From Trichormus sp. ATA11-4-KO1 (GTDB lineage Bacteria; Cyanobacteriota; Cyanobacteriia; Cyanobacteriales; Nostocaceae): a DNA stretch of 43,901 nucleotides. Every line of letters begins with the position of its first letter. Position 1 is the first letter of the stretch. Location: assembly GCA_019358915.1 (NCBI GenBank), contig JAHHIM010000038.1:1-43901 (forward strand), read 5' to 3'. Positions 30,177 through 40,188 of the stretch are shown here, one piece after another. Under the pieces are notes generated by a model. It did no database searches and was not told where the DNA came from. It saw only the letters and a program-made list of their open reading frames with translations. The position numbers were made by a program, and so were the translations under genes.

Positions 30177-30557
30177 TTGTACCATAATGCTGTTTCTAAC
30201 AGTTTTAATGGGGACTTGGGGACTATCTTGAGTATCGATACTGAAGAACAGGAAGTTACGGTTGATTATAGTGGTAGACCTGTGGTTTACGATTATGCTG
30301 ACCTCAATGAAATTACGCTGGCTTGGAGTGTAACTATACACAAAAGCCAAGGCAGTGAGTATCCAGTAGTGATACTTCCACTGTATATGCAGCACTACAT
30401 CATGCTGTCGCGTAACCTGTTTTATACAGGGCTAACCCGTGCCAGGAAATTAGCAATTGTGGTTGGTGACAAGAAAGCGATATCTTTGGCTGTGCGAACT
30501 ACGGATGATCAGCAGAGGTACACGCGATTGTGGCAGAGGTTGGTGCAGCCGACATAG
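30177..30557 (+). pseudogene. C-terminal fragment of a RecD2/TraA-like helicase
   Basis: FNGDLG, TIHKSQGSEY, NLFYTGLTRA; N-terminal portion absent. Confidence 0.85.
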
Positions 30558-30574
30558 TTTTGAGTGTTTTAATT

Positions 30575-31072
30575 CTATTCAATTTTATGTAAAGTTGATG
30601 CAACAGAAAGATGAACTCTTTTTCCTGTTCCTTTTAGGGTAAAGTCTGTTATAAATCGCTTAATTTGAGGAAAATAGTTTTGTTTCCTCTCAATCATTTT
30701 ATTCACTAATTGTTTGATTTCTTTTTGCATCTGGATATCTCCTCCAAATAAATTTTTAGTCAAGGCACTATCAACTATTTTTCGTTGCTCTGCTTGAGGT
30801 AGTAAAGAAGTATTCCACGCAAGAATAGCTAATTGCAATAAATTCCTGTGGGCTTCTATACTATCAACAGAATCTATATAAGGCTCAACAAACTCTTCCA
30901 AAACTTCAGACATCTTTTCGGCTCCAGGAGGTTCTATAATTATCTGAGATATGGATTCCCCAAATTCTCCTTGCTTAACCTTCTGTGCCAATTGTTTTAA
31001 ATTTCTCTGGTTCTCTTTGTCTTGTTGCTTTTGCTTGAGTAATTCTGTAAATTCCTTGGATTTTCTAGGCAT
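30575..31072 (-). CDS. Hypothetical protein
   Basis: KMSEVLEEFVEPY..AILAWN..RKQNYFP. Confidence 0.75.
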   Translation of the reverse strand: MPRKSKEFTELLKQKQQDKENQRNLKQLAQKVKQGEFGESISQIIIEPPGAEKMSEVLEEFVEPYIDSVDSIEAHRNLLQLAILAWNTSLLPQAEQRKIVDSALTKNLFGGDIQMQKEIKQLVNKMIERKQNYFPQIKRFITDFTLKGTGKRVHLSVASTLHKIE

Positions 31073-31187
31073 AATTCGACAGCCGTTTTTTGTAAAATAA
31101 TAATTTTAATGATTTTATTTTAATAGAGTTTGGGATTAATAAAAATAGATAAATACATTTTGTTGAGCAGTTTTCCGTTCCACACCC

Positions 31188-31241
31188 TGGCTGGGCGGAC
31201 TACGAATGATCAGCGAAGATATACACGATTGTGGCAGAGGT
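31188..31241 (+). repeat. Diverged second copy of the recD2 3' end
   Basis: 46/54 identical to 30487-30540. Confidence 0.8.
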
Positions 31242-31344
31242 GGCAATTTCAAGTCCCATGTAACTACTCAAAGCTAGAAAAATTATTCAGCTATTTGATC
31301 TATAATCTTAGATTCGTCTAATTATCAAAAAACAGCTTTGTTGT

Positions 31345-31540
31345 ATGTCCAGCCTGAGTCCAGACATCAGGGCGAACGCACGGTATTTCTAAAACCCTTG
31401 CTGGGTAAGGTTATTGACGAAAAAATAGGGTAAATTAAAAAATGCCGAAACCCTTGCTATTAAAGGATTCTTATACTTTAGATGCGTTTGCCCTGGTCCA
31501 GACATGGTTCGTATCTATTTGCAGGAGATTGGTCGAATCG
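31345..31540 (+). pseudogene. N-terminal remnant of a second group-2 sigma factor, interrupted by a MITE
   Basis: MSSLSPD|MVRIYLQEIGR after removing the MITE and one TSD copy. Confidence 0.7.
31368..31495. mobile_element. 128-bp MITE with TIRs and 10-bp target duplication (IS4-like)
   Basis: TIR CAGGGCGAACGCA / TGCGTTTGCCCTG; TSD GTCCAGACAT at 31358-31367 and 31496-31505. Confidence 0.9.
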
Positions 31541-31616
31541 GATTGTGTTTGGGGGGTGTATTCTCTAACCATTTGCCAATTCTCATAATTGATAACGATT
31601 TATCGAAACATTGCGT

Positions 31617-32237
31617 TTAAATAGAATGAGTTGCACCAGAGGCAAATATTTGTTGTGCTGTTAATTGCAAACTAGGAAATACTGAAGAAAAAAGCGGATC
31701 ATTATTTTGAAATAGGTGTTTATGGTACTGATCTTCTATTAACGTACAAATCGTAATTGTTGGTTGTTTAGGCTTGCCAATATATTCTCTACCGCCAATG
31801 CCCAAATAATCAACAATCCAGTATTCAGTTACTCCTAACAAAGCATAATCTTCAACTTTACGAGCATAGTCATTCTGCCAGTTTGTACTGACAACTTCAG
31901 CTATTAATTTGATTGATTTTCCTAATGTAATTACAGGTTCTTTTTGCCAGAGTGGTTCATTAATCAGTTGCATTTGGTCTAACACAACCACATCGGGACG
32001 AAAAGCTGTGTTTGTCCCTAGCAATTTAATTAGACAGCGATGGGGAATAACATAGGATACTTCTTGGCGGTCGATTTCAACATTTAATTTTCGCCCAATA
32101 AAACCAGATACTTGCTCATGTGGCCCAGTGGGTTCCATGTCTACTAATTCCCCATCAATTAATTCATAACGAGTGCTATCACCATAGTTGGTAATGAATT
32201 CATCAACAGTTAAAAGTTTTGGTGCGAATTGAACCAT
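31617..32237 (-). CDS. Uma2-family (DUF820) endonuclease-like protein
   Basis: RYELIDG, RPDVVV, AEVVS, DY..K..Y...G..EYWIVD. Confidence 0.92.
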   Translation of the reverse strand: MVQFAPKLLTVDEFITNYGDSTRYELIDGELVDMEPTGPHEQVSGFIGRKLNVEIDRQEVSYVIPHRCLIKLLGTNTAFRPDVVVLDQMQLINEPLWQKEPVITLGKSIKLIAEVVSTNWQNDYARKVEDYALLGVTEYWIVDYLGIGGREYIGKPKQPTITICTLIEDQYHKHLFQNNDPLFSSVFPSLQLTAQQIFASGATHSI

Positions 32238-32711
32238 TTTGATTGTGTTGGTAATTTTTGGATCATCTGTTCTACAGATTCAATTGCAACTCCTTTGCCT
32301 TGATCAATTTCGGATAAACCCTCTTTGACCTTTTTTGAATTCAAAATTCAAAATGCAAAATGCAAAATGAAGAAGAAATAAAAAAATTGAATTAATTAAT
32401 TCTGGGTACAAGCCCCCGTCATAATCTCTGATTTGACGGTCTTAGATTAGTGGTGAGTCCCCTACGGGAATTAAAAATGCAAAATGCAAAATGCAAAATG
32501 AAGAAGAAATAATTTTGAATTTTGAATTGATAATTTTGAATTGTTTTGCCCCCATTAATCTCTTTAATTTTGAATTTTGCATTTTTAATTTTGAATTGGA
32601 GCGAAGCGACTTGACAGCAGCAATAAATTCGATTTTCCGAAGAATCTCACGCAGAGTCACATTTTCGGGTAAGCGTTTTACAAGTTCAAGAACTGTTTCT
32701 CGGTCACTCAT
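32210..32711 (-). pseudogene. Small antitoxin-like protein interrupted by an insertion
   Basis: Reconstructed MSDRETVLELVKRLPENVTLREILRKIEFIAAV|KEGLSEIDQGKGVAIESVEQMIQK... Confidence 0.7.
32330..32615 (+). mobile_element. 286-bp heptamer-armed IS200/IS605-like non-autonomous element (TGAC|CTTTTTTGAA...GCGACTTGAC) with a nested insert
   Basis: CAAAATT/G and AATTTTG arms, same termini as 43576-43778, removal restores the host frame. Confidence 0.88.
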
Positions 32712-32769
32712 GCTTTTATCCAGATGATTAATGTCATCTTAACTTATTCTCAATTCTCTAAAGTCTACT

Positions 32770-33375
32770 TTATCTGGATTGCTGAATCTGCTGTGTTGAA
32801 GTAGCAGATACCACTTTTTGCAATTCTGGCAGCACTCCCAAAAACAGAGAAAAAGCCAGTACTAAAATTAAAGGATTGGCTTTCGCTACATTCAACCACC
32901 AACGCCAATCTTGAAAATTGGGTAATTGAGGGAGGCGGAGATTCCAAAAGCTGAAATCCCCGAAACCAATTCGCACTTTACTACCGGGCAACCACTCCTC
33001 ATCAGTATTCACAAAAACTACCTGAATGCGTGGGTTTTGCTCAACCATCGAAGCTGTCTTGAGTGCCGATGGTTGCTCACGGGCATCAGGCGTGAGGAAA
33101 CCCATGACGATGAGCTTGTGCGTGTTATTCAGCCCGTACAGGTTGAGTTGTCCAACTGCTTGGTATATGGTGTCACGGTTGAGGTACTTTTTGCACTCGA
33201 TGATCGCTCCACCTTGCCAGTTAGACACAATATCTGCTCTGCCACCGTTAGCTTGAACTTCTAGATGAGTTTGGAATCCACGTTCAGTTAGGCGATCGCT
33301 GATATATTGCTGTAGGTGTTTTTCTTGCCAGGGCAGAGGAAACCCAGCCGCTTCAACAAATTTAGATGGCAACAT
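32770..33375 (-). CDS. PD-(D/E)XK nuclease-fold protein with a C-terminal TM segment
   Basis: E..LQ..I, GRADIV, IIECK, AVGQLNLY; hydrophobic LILVLAFSLFLGVL. Confidence 0.7.
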   Translation of the reverse strand: MLPSKFVEAAGFPLPWQEKHLQQYISDRLTERGFQTHLEVQANGGRADIVSNWQGGAIIECKKYLNRDTIYQAVGQLNLYGLNNTHKLIVMGFLTPDAREQPSALKTASMVEQNPRIQVVFVNTDEEWLPGSKVRIGFGDFSFWNLRLPQLPNFQDWRWWLNVAKANPLILVLAFSLFLGVLPELQKVVSATSTQQIQQSR

Positions 33376-33377
33376 AA

Positions 33378-33782
33378 TAATTCGTAATTCGTAATTCGTA
33401 ATTATTTTTCTTTGAGTTTTCTGGTTGAAGCGGTTAAAATTTTTCCTATTTCATTTGCCTCTGTCAAAAGTAAGGTAAATTTTTGCTGTTCTACTAGTTC
33501 AGATTCGATTAATATTTCTAACCAGTATTGGGTTTCTCTTGCCTCCTTTAACGCGATTTCTAATTTGTTAATAAAATCTTTGTCAGATTGGGCTGATTGT
33601 GCTTCTCGACAATTTGCACCTATTGAAGTTCCAGAACGAAGCAGTTGTTTAGACAAAGTTCTTAAAACTCCAGACTTTTCATCCAGAAAACAACAAGCTT
33701 TAATAATTCTGACCGCAAATGCTTTAGTTCTATGCGTTATGCTAGTTTTCATCTTCAATTACGAATTACGACTTACGAATTA
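33378..33782. repeat. Inverted TAATTCG arrays enclosing copy A
   Basis: 33378-33403 vs 33757-33782, 25/26 complementary. Confidence 0.9.
33402..33752 (-). CDS. Four-helix-bundle protein (23S rRNA IVP / Avd-like), copy A
   Basis: KQLLRSGTSIGANCREA..SDKDFINKLEIALKEARETQYWL. Confidence 0.92.
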   Translation of the reverse strand: MKTSITHRTKAFAVRIIKACCFLDEKSGVLRTLSKQLLRSGTSIGANCREAQSAQSDKDFINKLEIALKEARETQYWLEILIESELVEQQKFTLLLTEANEIGKILTASTRKLKEK

Positions 33783-35369
33783 ACTAGGGATATTCTCAAA
33801 TCGATAAGCCTGAAAACGTCTATCCAACAACCCAGACTGCACAATCCCATCGCCACGACCTTGCAGAGATGTCACGGCTTCCCCCCGCCGCATCAGCACC
33901 ATCCGACCACTGACAGCATCCACACAGCGAAACGCAATCCTACAAGGCAAGTTATCACGTAAATCTGGGGGTAATCCTTGCGGATCTTCTTTTCCTCTCT
34001 TAGCTCCGCGTTGCAGCCCGACAACAACATGAATCTTTAGTCCTCTCCCCCGGCGACCAACTTCACACAATTGCTGATCGTAAGTTCGCCTTTGTTTATC
34101 ATCCAGTGGCACAGTACCTTTGTACTCATCAATGAATAACACCCAAGGTTGCTCAAGGGCTAGTTCAGCTTTGGTCATCGAGTTTCTGCGATCGCACTCC
34201 TGAAAATACTCACCCACAAACTCAAAAGTTTTACCCATGTCGTTCATCGTGATTGTGGGGAAACGATCCGCGAAATCCTCATAATCCGAAACTTTACCAC
34301 CGCAAACATCCACCCGCGCACCTTGCATGAGCAAACAGTAGGCAGCAGCGCGAAAGAAGTTAGACTTACCAGAACCAGTAGTGCCGACTACTAATAATTG
34401 CGGGGTGTCCTCACTGGCTAAATCAATAGTCACCTCACCATCCAGGGATTGACCTAGTACAATTAGCCTTTCTCTTTGGTTCCATTGCCGCACAGGGAAG
34501 TCGTAGTAAGTGCGGTCTTCTGGTTTCAAGGGAATTTCTACAGCTATCTGTTCAGGCGCATATATATAGAAAGGTAAATCACTAGCAGTTACTCCCAGAG
34601 CTAGTTTTGCCGCCGCTTTAAATTTACTCAGTGAGTTAAAATCTTCAGTTCTCACTGAAAATATCAGTCTCTCGTAGCTGGGTGCTTTGTCAACTCTTAA
34701 GCATTGAGTTTCTAGTCCAACTACCTTGGCTGCTTTTCTCAAGCCTTCCATTTTTGGTGATGAGGTTGGCTCAGTAGATACTGCTGTACTAGGAGTAGCC
34801 ACCGTCACCACTTCCGCATTAGCACTTTTGAGTGCCTGCTGTGCGTGTTGAGCTTGCAGTTCCAACTGGCGTTGATGAATTTGGGCTTGCACTTTTGCTT
34901 GCTCCAGTTGCATTTCTGCCTCTGAGGTTGCCAGCAATACATTCCCCAGGGATTCCCCATTTTGGATCATGCCCAAGGCCATGCGATTGACCGCCCCACT
35001 CTGTCCAGTAACTGTCAGCACTTCACTGAACAAGGGTGCTGTTTGTTGTAGTAGTTTCAGTTGCCGTTCAGTATCCTTGTCCGATTCCTCATACAACCGT
35101 TTCCTTTCCGCAGCACTAGTTAGATATTGCAGTTGCTCCTCTGCCTGAGTGTCCTTCAAGGCAGCCAGCATATCTTCTTGTCGCTCTTGGTCTTCGTAAT
35201 ATCTTTGTAGTTTTCGTATGGACACACCTGCATAACTGGAGAGTGCCATCGCTGTTAAATTTGCAGGTATGAATAGTTTTAATTCTTTGGGGTCAGAGGA
35301 TAGCGTTAGCACCACCGCCACTATTCCACTTGCCCCAATTCTTAACCAAGGAAGTAACATTTCAACCAC
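33780..35369 (-). CDS. FtsK/SpoIIIE-family ATPase with N-terminal TM segment and coiled coil
   Basis: LLVVGTTGSGKS, LFIDE, GRGLKIHVVVGLQR, LQGRGDG. Confidence 0.88.
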   Translation of the reverse strand: MVEMLLPWLRIGASGIVAVVLTLSSDPKELKLFIPANLTAMALSSYAGVSIRKLQRYYEDQERQEDMLAALKDTQAEEQLQYLTSAAERKRLYEESDKDTERQLKLLQQTAPLFSEVLTVTGQSGAVNRMALGMIQNGESLGNVLLATSEAEMQLEQAKVQAQIHQRQLELQAQHAQQALKSANAEVVTVATPSTAVSTEPTSSPKMEGLRKAAKVVGLETQCLRVDKAPSYERLIFSVRTEDFNSLSKFKAAAKLALGVTASDLPFYIYAPEQIAVEIPLKPEDRTYYDFPVRQWNQRERLIVLGQSLDGEVTIDLASEDTPQLLVVGTTGSGKSNFFRAAAYCLLMQGARVDVCGGKVSDYEDFADRFPTITMNDMGKTFEFVGEYFQECDRRNSMTKAELALEQPWVLFIDEYKGTVPLDDKQRRTYDQQLCEVGRRGRGLKIHVVVGLQRGAKRGKEDPQGLPPDLRDNLPCRIAFRCVDAVSGRMVLMRRGEAVTSLQGRGDGIVQSGLLDRRFQAYRFENIPS

Positions 35370-35557
35370 CCAAATGCTAAACCAGTGGCAATTACCTGTA
35401 GCAGCATATCTCTACTACTTTTACCTTGAGAGTAAGTAATGGTGGCCGCAACTCCAATCACCAGTGCTGACCACGGTAGTAAGCTAATTAGTTGGGCGAT
35501 CGCGCTAGCTATGACAAAGCCACATATCCAAATCAATAATCTACAAATTTGTGACAT
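35342..35557 (-). CDS. Small membrane protein
   Basis: 71 aa, hydrophobic, GGAGG SD. Confidence 0.7.
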   Translation of the reverse strand: MSQICRLLIWICGFVIASAIAQLISLLPWSALVIGVAATITYSQGKSSRDMLLQVIATGLAFGWLKCYFLG

Positions 35558-35611
35558 CTTTTCACCTCCGGTGAAAGCAGGGGGGCAGGGAGCTCTTAGC
35601 AGGGGGAATAA

Positions 35612-36125
35612 TTAACGTTTTATTAGCCAAGGTGATGGATTATTGATTATGGTTACTAAAATACCTAGAACTTTGTTATAAGTTCCATATAATTCCCTAC
35701 CTGTTTCAACATCTAAATAGCCGCATTTCACTGCAAATTTTAGCCATGTTTGTGTTTCTGCGGACTCTGCTTCACAGTCATTTAATTTAGCGATAAAAGC
35801 AGCTTCGTAGCGTCGCTTTCTCCATGCTTCTGCCATATTTGCACAAACAGAACGAGATGATCTACGAATTTGATCTGTTAATGAGTATCTTTCTTCAATA
35901 GGGAATTTCTTAGATAGGTCAAAAATTCTCATTGCGACATCAAATGCCATTTTATAAACTTCTAAGTCCTCATGGTTTTTTATTTATGAAAAAAAAGTTA
36001 GGTTCAAAACCTCGCCCCTTGTGGGCGAAACAGTCCTTGTATCCCAAGGTAGGTAGAAACCCCACCCCTTGTGGGTGGCTGTATTTAATTTTGAATTTTG
36101 AATTTTGAATTTTGAATTGATTCAT
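35612..36125 (-). pseudogene. Four-helix-bundle protein copy B; 5' end interrupted (an ORF remains from ATG 35950)
   Basis: MNQ|IKNHEDLEVYKMAF..FPIEERYSLTDQIRRSSRSVCANMAEAW. Confidence 0.85.
35984..36116 (+). mobile_element. ~130-bp double-hairpin element with an AATTTTG array (boundaries approximate)
   Basis: GGTTCAAAACCT-CGCCCCTTGTGGGCG and GGTAGAAACC-CCACCCCTTGTGGGTGG. Confidence 0.7.
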
Positions 36126-36157
36126 CTCCCCTGCCCCCTGCTCCCTGCCCCCCTGCC

Positions 36158-36826
36158 CTACTTTACAGCCCTAATTCGTTGTGTAATCCCGGGTGTTCCT
36201 GAATATCGAGCATTCCTGAGTTCTTGGAATCTAGTCACCAAATTACTGGTTTGTTCTTCGTATGGAGTCGGTTCTTTTTTGGCTTTTTCTGCCGACAGTT
36301 TTTCCTGTTTCTTGGCTTTGGACTCAGAATATTGGTCAGCAATCTTACCCAAACTAATAGTCAGGTCATCTTGTGCAGAAGCGATCGCCGAACGTGACCC
36401 ACCGACAATTTGTCTAAACTTCGACTCCAAATTAGCTAAGGATGTCCCTAAGTTCTTTTCCAATTCAGCGTGTTGTACTCTGGCTTCAGCCACATTTTCA
36501 CTGACTTCGGCTTGCTTCTCACGTACTTTGTACAAAGCTTTGAGGTAGCGACTAATAGCTGAAGAGTATTCTGTCCATTTTTTTGACTGAAACTCTGCAC
36601 CTTTGGCTTTATCCAGGGCATCAGCAATATCTTCTTCGGTTAAATCTCCAAAGACTTTCACATCCACAGGCAACATATCAGCAATGCGTTGGGCATTTTC
36701 CCAAACTGCTGACTCTAGACCAAAGTGGGAATCTGGGAATACTATTGCTTTGCTAACATCACCACTCAAATCCGAGAGGTTTAATGCTCCATCTTTGGGA
36801 GTTTCTGGCTTAGATCCTCTGACCAT
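36158..36826 (-). CDS. Coiled-coil hypothetical protein
   Basis: 222 aa, GAGG SD. Confidence 0.8.
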   Translation of the reverse strand: MVRGSKPETPKDGALNLSDLSGDVSKAIVFPDSHFGLESAVWENAQRIADMLPVDVKVFGDLTEEDIADALDKAKGAEFQSKKWTEYSSAISRYLKALYKVREKQAEVSENVAEARVQHAELEKNLGTSLANLESKFRQIVGGSRSAIASAQDDLTISLGKIADQYSESKAKKQEKLSAEKAKKEPTPYEEQTSNLVTRFQELRNARYSGTPGITQRIRAVK

Positions 36827-36828
36827 GA

Positions 36829-37230
36829 CTACCTCACGTCTATTAGCGAATCACAAGGTTTATATTCGACAAACACATCATCATCAAGTTCTGTCCATTC
36901 ACCATCTAGTGAACGAAAATAACGGGTATTATTTTCTAATTTGACTTCTAAATTAATCTCAGGGAATTTGAAAATATTTTCTTTCTCAATTACCCTGGTT
37001 AATTCAGTATCGATTCCCACTTTTAACCCTAGATGTAACGTGATTCCTTGCTTTTTGTACTTCTGCCAGTAGTACGAAAACTCATCTTTTTTGAGGAAAT
37101 TAACATTGATTATAGGAATGCCATTTTCAAACAATATTGCAAAAATCCCTAGTGGTTCATGATGAATTTTGGCAATTCCCAGATTATTCTCGTAGCACCA
37201 GTACGCTCGATGAAAATACGCTGTTTTCAA
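36829..37230 (-). CDS. Hypothetical protein (AT-rich)
   Basis: 133 aa, overlaps the upstream stop. Confidence 0.6.
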   Translation of the reverse strand: MKTAYFHRAYWCYENNLGIAKIHHEPLGIFAILFENGIPIINVNFLKKDEFSYYWQKYKKQGITLHLGLKVGIDTELTRVIEKENIFKFPEINLEVKLENNTRYFRSLDGEWTELDDDVFVEYKPCDSLIDVR

Positions 37231-37829
37231 AAGTCGTCCTCCAGTTGTTTGAATTTTTCTTCTAGTGGATCAGATTGCTTCGGCTTACCTGCGAACACTT
37301 TTTCTACTTTCTTGATCAACAGTTTGGCTAAAGCTTGCCACACCAATGACCAAGCCCGTTGGTTCTTGAGTCTGAATTGACTCGCCACAATATCTGCTTT
37401 AGATGGAATAATTGCCCCATATTGCTCCAGATTGTTAATCGCTTGCTGGAATGAAACCACTTCATCCTCGGTTGCTGGGAGGTCGGGGGCGACGGCTGCG
37501 GTCAATCTTTCCATCACCCCGCTTAACGTTGCAGATTCCTCTTTTATCTTCTGCAATTCTTCTGCCATTACCTCAATTGCTGCCAAGTTTGACTGGGCGA
37601 TGCAAGACTGGAAATTCAGTAAGTGCGATTCGAGTTGGCGTTGTACTTCCTCGCTGATGATTTCCGTGACGGCATTAAATCCTTTCCCTTGATTTACAGA
37701 ATCGATGAAATCCTGAATTTCAGATGAGATGCCCTGAGAATGCAACTCCTGTTTTTCCCCCCTGACCCCTGCTCCCCGCCCCCTTGTTTCTTCAGGCGAC
37801 ACTGGCGTTGCACTCGAATTGTCCATCAT
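37227..37829 (-). CDS. Hypothetical protein
   Basis: 200 aa; N-terminus includes a degenerate heptamer tract, so the start is uncertain. Confidence 0.7.
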   Translation of the reverse strand: MMDNSSATPVSPEETRGRGAGVRGEKQELHSQGISSEIQDFIDSVNQGKGFNAVTEIISEEVQRQLESHLLNFQSCIAQSNLAAIEVMAEELQKIKEESATLSGVMERLTAAVAPDLPATEDEVVSFQQAINNLEQYGAIIPSKADIVASQFRLKNQRAWSLVWQALAKLLIKKVEKVFAGKPKQSDPLEEKFKQLEDDF

Positions 37830-38313
37830 CTAAGTCTCTCCACTCCAATTTCACGCCTAAACGAGCTGCAAATCCATCAATTGTTTGTTTCATCGTTTCA
37901 TAAGGCAAATAATCACAACTATCAATTAATTGCTCCAACTCCACATCAATAAAATGTTGCTGTGCTACCGCTTTTTGCTCTCGCTTTTTTTGAGCCATCT
38001 TTGCTCTAGCCTGTTGTTTACCTTCCTCTTTTGCTTTTTCAATCGCTTCTAATCGAGCTATTTCTAATGCCTCTGTAACTTGACGTTCTTTGTCCTGCTG
38101 TTCAAAGATTATGTGCTTGTCTCGTACTAATCTTTGAATAATCGCCATTCGTAAATCCAAGTCAAAGGCAATTTCTAACTCCTCAATCACTTGCGCTTCT
38201 GACTGTTGTTGATGAGTTGTAATTTCTGATTTTCTACCTCTGGTAATACTTTTACTTTGGGTCTGTACTGCTGTTTCTTCTGGTACTGTTATTTCTGAGC
38301 CTCTACGTGCCAT
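37792..38313 (-). CDS. Coiled-coil hypothetical protein
   Basis: 173 aa, TAAGGAG SD. Confidence 0.8.
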   Translation of the reverse strand: MARRGSEITVPEETAVQTQSKSITRGRKSEITTHQQQSEAQVIEELEIAFDLDLRMAIIQRLVRDKHIIFEQQDKERQVTEALEIARLEAIEKAKEEGKQQARAKMAQKKREQKAVAQQHFIDVELEQLIDSCDYLPYETMKQTIDGFAARLGVKLEWRDLDDGQFECNASVA

Positions 38314-38344
38314 ATTTTTCTCTCCTTAATGATTAGAATTCAGA

Positions 38345-38767
<423 letters not shown>

Positions 38768-38768
<1 letters not shown>

Positions 38769-38854
38769 TAGCTAAAATTACAATATTCTCCGCACAACAC
38801 AAAATTAATTGTGAAGGCCAAAGCGTTATTGAATCCGTCTAACAATCGAATCAT
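38768..38854 (-). CDS. Possible 28-aa coupled peptide MIRLLDGFNNALAFTINFVLCGEYCNFS
   Basis: ATGA overlap with the upstream stop; its TAA abuts the heptamer arm. Confidence 0.35.
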
Positions 38855-39666
38855 GCACACCTCTTTTGTGATGCGATTTTTTCCCACTTGGCTAACTCTG
38901 AAACCGAATAATGCTTGCGTTGGCTAAATTCACCCCACTTATATAAAGTGCGAATTGAAACTTTATAGCCACACATTGCCAAATATCTGTGTAAGTCTCT
39001 CCCCTTACATCCCCTCATCCGCCATTGATGCCACATTTTGGCACTCGATGCTGTCTCCAAGGTCATCGCCCGACGCGACCAATGTTTCATCATCGTGATT
39101 AAGCGGCTGATTGAGGGAAACTTTTTTGTCGGATGATCATGCCTCCAACACGCCATATATGTCAGTAAAGAGGCTGTCCCCTCCTCCACATAGCGTTCAT
39201 ACCTTGGAATCCCTAGATATTGTTTCCAACTTGCCCAACAATTCCTGGATATCTCCCGCCCCATAATTCGGTCGCAGCATTTCTTTACCTCACTTAACGC
39301 TATTTTTTCTGGTGGTGCTTTGACTTCATCTGCGACAAATACTTCACCTGAATTTACCTGTTCGCAATACTTATCAAATACTTCCTCCAATTTGTATTCA
39401 TTGGCTTTGTAGTAATCTCTCAGGCTTCTATAAGTGACTTTTTGCCGTGGATTCTCCTTCCTTAACCATGCCAAACACAACAGCATTTTTGTCTGCTCTT
39501 GTGTGTACTGACGAGCCGATACTCTCTTGCCTTGTGCATAACAAGCCCCCGCTAATCGCTCCCAGTCATACCATGTGCGATCGCTGATTTTACATCCGCG
39601 AATCTTTTCACAAATATTTCTCAGATTGCTTGATTGGCTGATCCAATCTTCTAATACTACTGGCAT
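38851..39666 (-). CDS. Putative DNA-binding protein with three MerR/excisionase-like HTH repeats
   Basis: KISDRTWYDWER, EISRNCWASWKQ, KVSIRTLYKWGE repeats. Confidence 0.7.
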   Translation of the reverse strand: MPVVLEDWISQSSNLRNICEKIRGCKISDRTWYDWERLAGACYAQGKRVSARQYTQEQTKMLLCLAWLRKENPRQKVTYRSLRDYYKANEYKLEEVFDKYCEQVNSGEVFVADEVKAPPEKIALSEVKKCCDRIMGREISRNCWASWKQYLGIPRYERYVEEGTASLLTYMACWRHDHPTKKFPSISRLITMMKHWSRRAMTLETASSAKMWHQWRMRGCKGRDLHRYLAMCGYKVSIRTLYKWGEFSQRKHYSVSELAKWEKIASQKRCA

Positions 39667-39828
39667 GGTTAAAGCTCTGCAAAATCAAAGCGGCTGTCAA
39701 TATTGAAAGTGTAATTGCCATAATGGCTGTACAAAATTCTAACAAACCTGATGGATTTCTTTCTTCCTTTTCTATTGTCTCAGTTGCACCATCAAGAGTT
39801 GTTTTGGTGTATTTCTCTCTCCTGTACA
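39608..39828 (-). CDS. Small TM protein, start unclear or disrupted
   Basis: VYRREKYTKTT..FCTAIMAITLSILTAALIL. Confidence 0.45.
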
Positions 39829-39840
39829 CATGATTATCTC

Positions 39841-40188
39841 CAATTCGCAGTTCGCAGTTCGCAGTTCGCAATTAAATACCAATTTTAAAAAAGATGCGAC
39901 AGATACACACTCTCAAATCCCTGTCATATCTAGCTTTTTTAATGTTGAAGAATTAGTATGAGAACCCACAACTGTAGCTTGTTTCCCTGTAGCGGTAGTT
40001 GAGGACTTGAATATTGATGGGTGAGCAATTTCTTTTTTCGCATGATTGAAATCAGGAGCTTGTAGCCTGAGTGAATTAATCTTAAATGTTCCATTCATAA
40101 TTGCGAATTGCGTTCGCGGAGCGTGCCGTAGGCTCTATTGCAAATTGCAAATTGGTATAACTCCTGACTCCTGACTCCTGACTTCTAT
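39841..40188. repeat. Composite of heptamer arrays, an SDR-like insert and an IS605-like hairpin fragment
   Basis: TTCGCAG array, TTGCAAA/TTGCGAA units, GACTCCT array, GCGTTCGCGGAGCGTGCCGTAGGC. Confidence 0.7.

Larger units (their letters stand above)
35577..36156. repeat. Inverted GCAGGGG/GCAGGGA arrays enclosing copy B
   Basis: 35577-35593 and 36140-36156 form a perfect 17-bp inverted repeat, with extra degenerate units. Confidence 0.85.

Noticed and set aside
32326..32615. Reading TGAC...TGAC (and TCAA/TTGA) as ordinary 4-bp TSDs of a DDE MITE
   Set aside because: No TIRs at the ends, and the tetranucleotide is fixed and matches the internal guides; disfavoured but not excluded until empty sites are seen
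39913..40098. 61-aa ORF as a real cargo gene
   Set aside because: Partly composed of repeat-element fragments and has no recognisable motif
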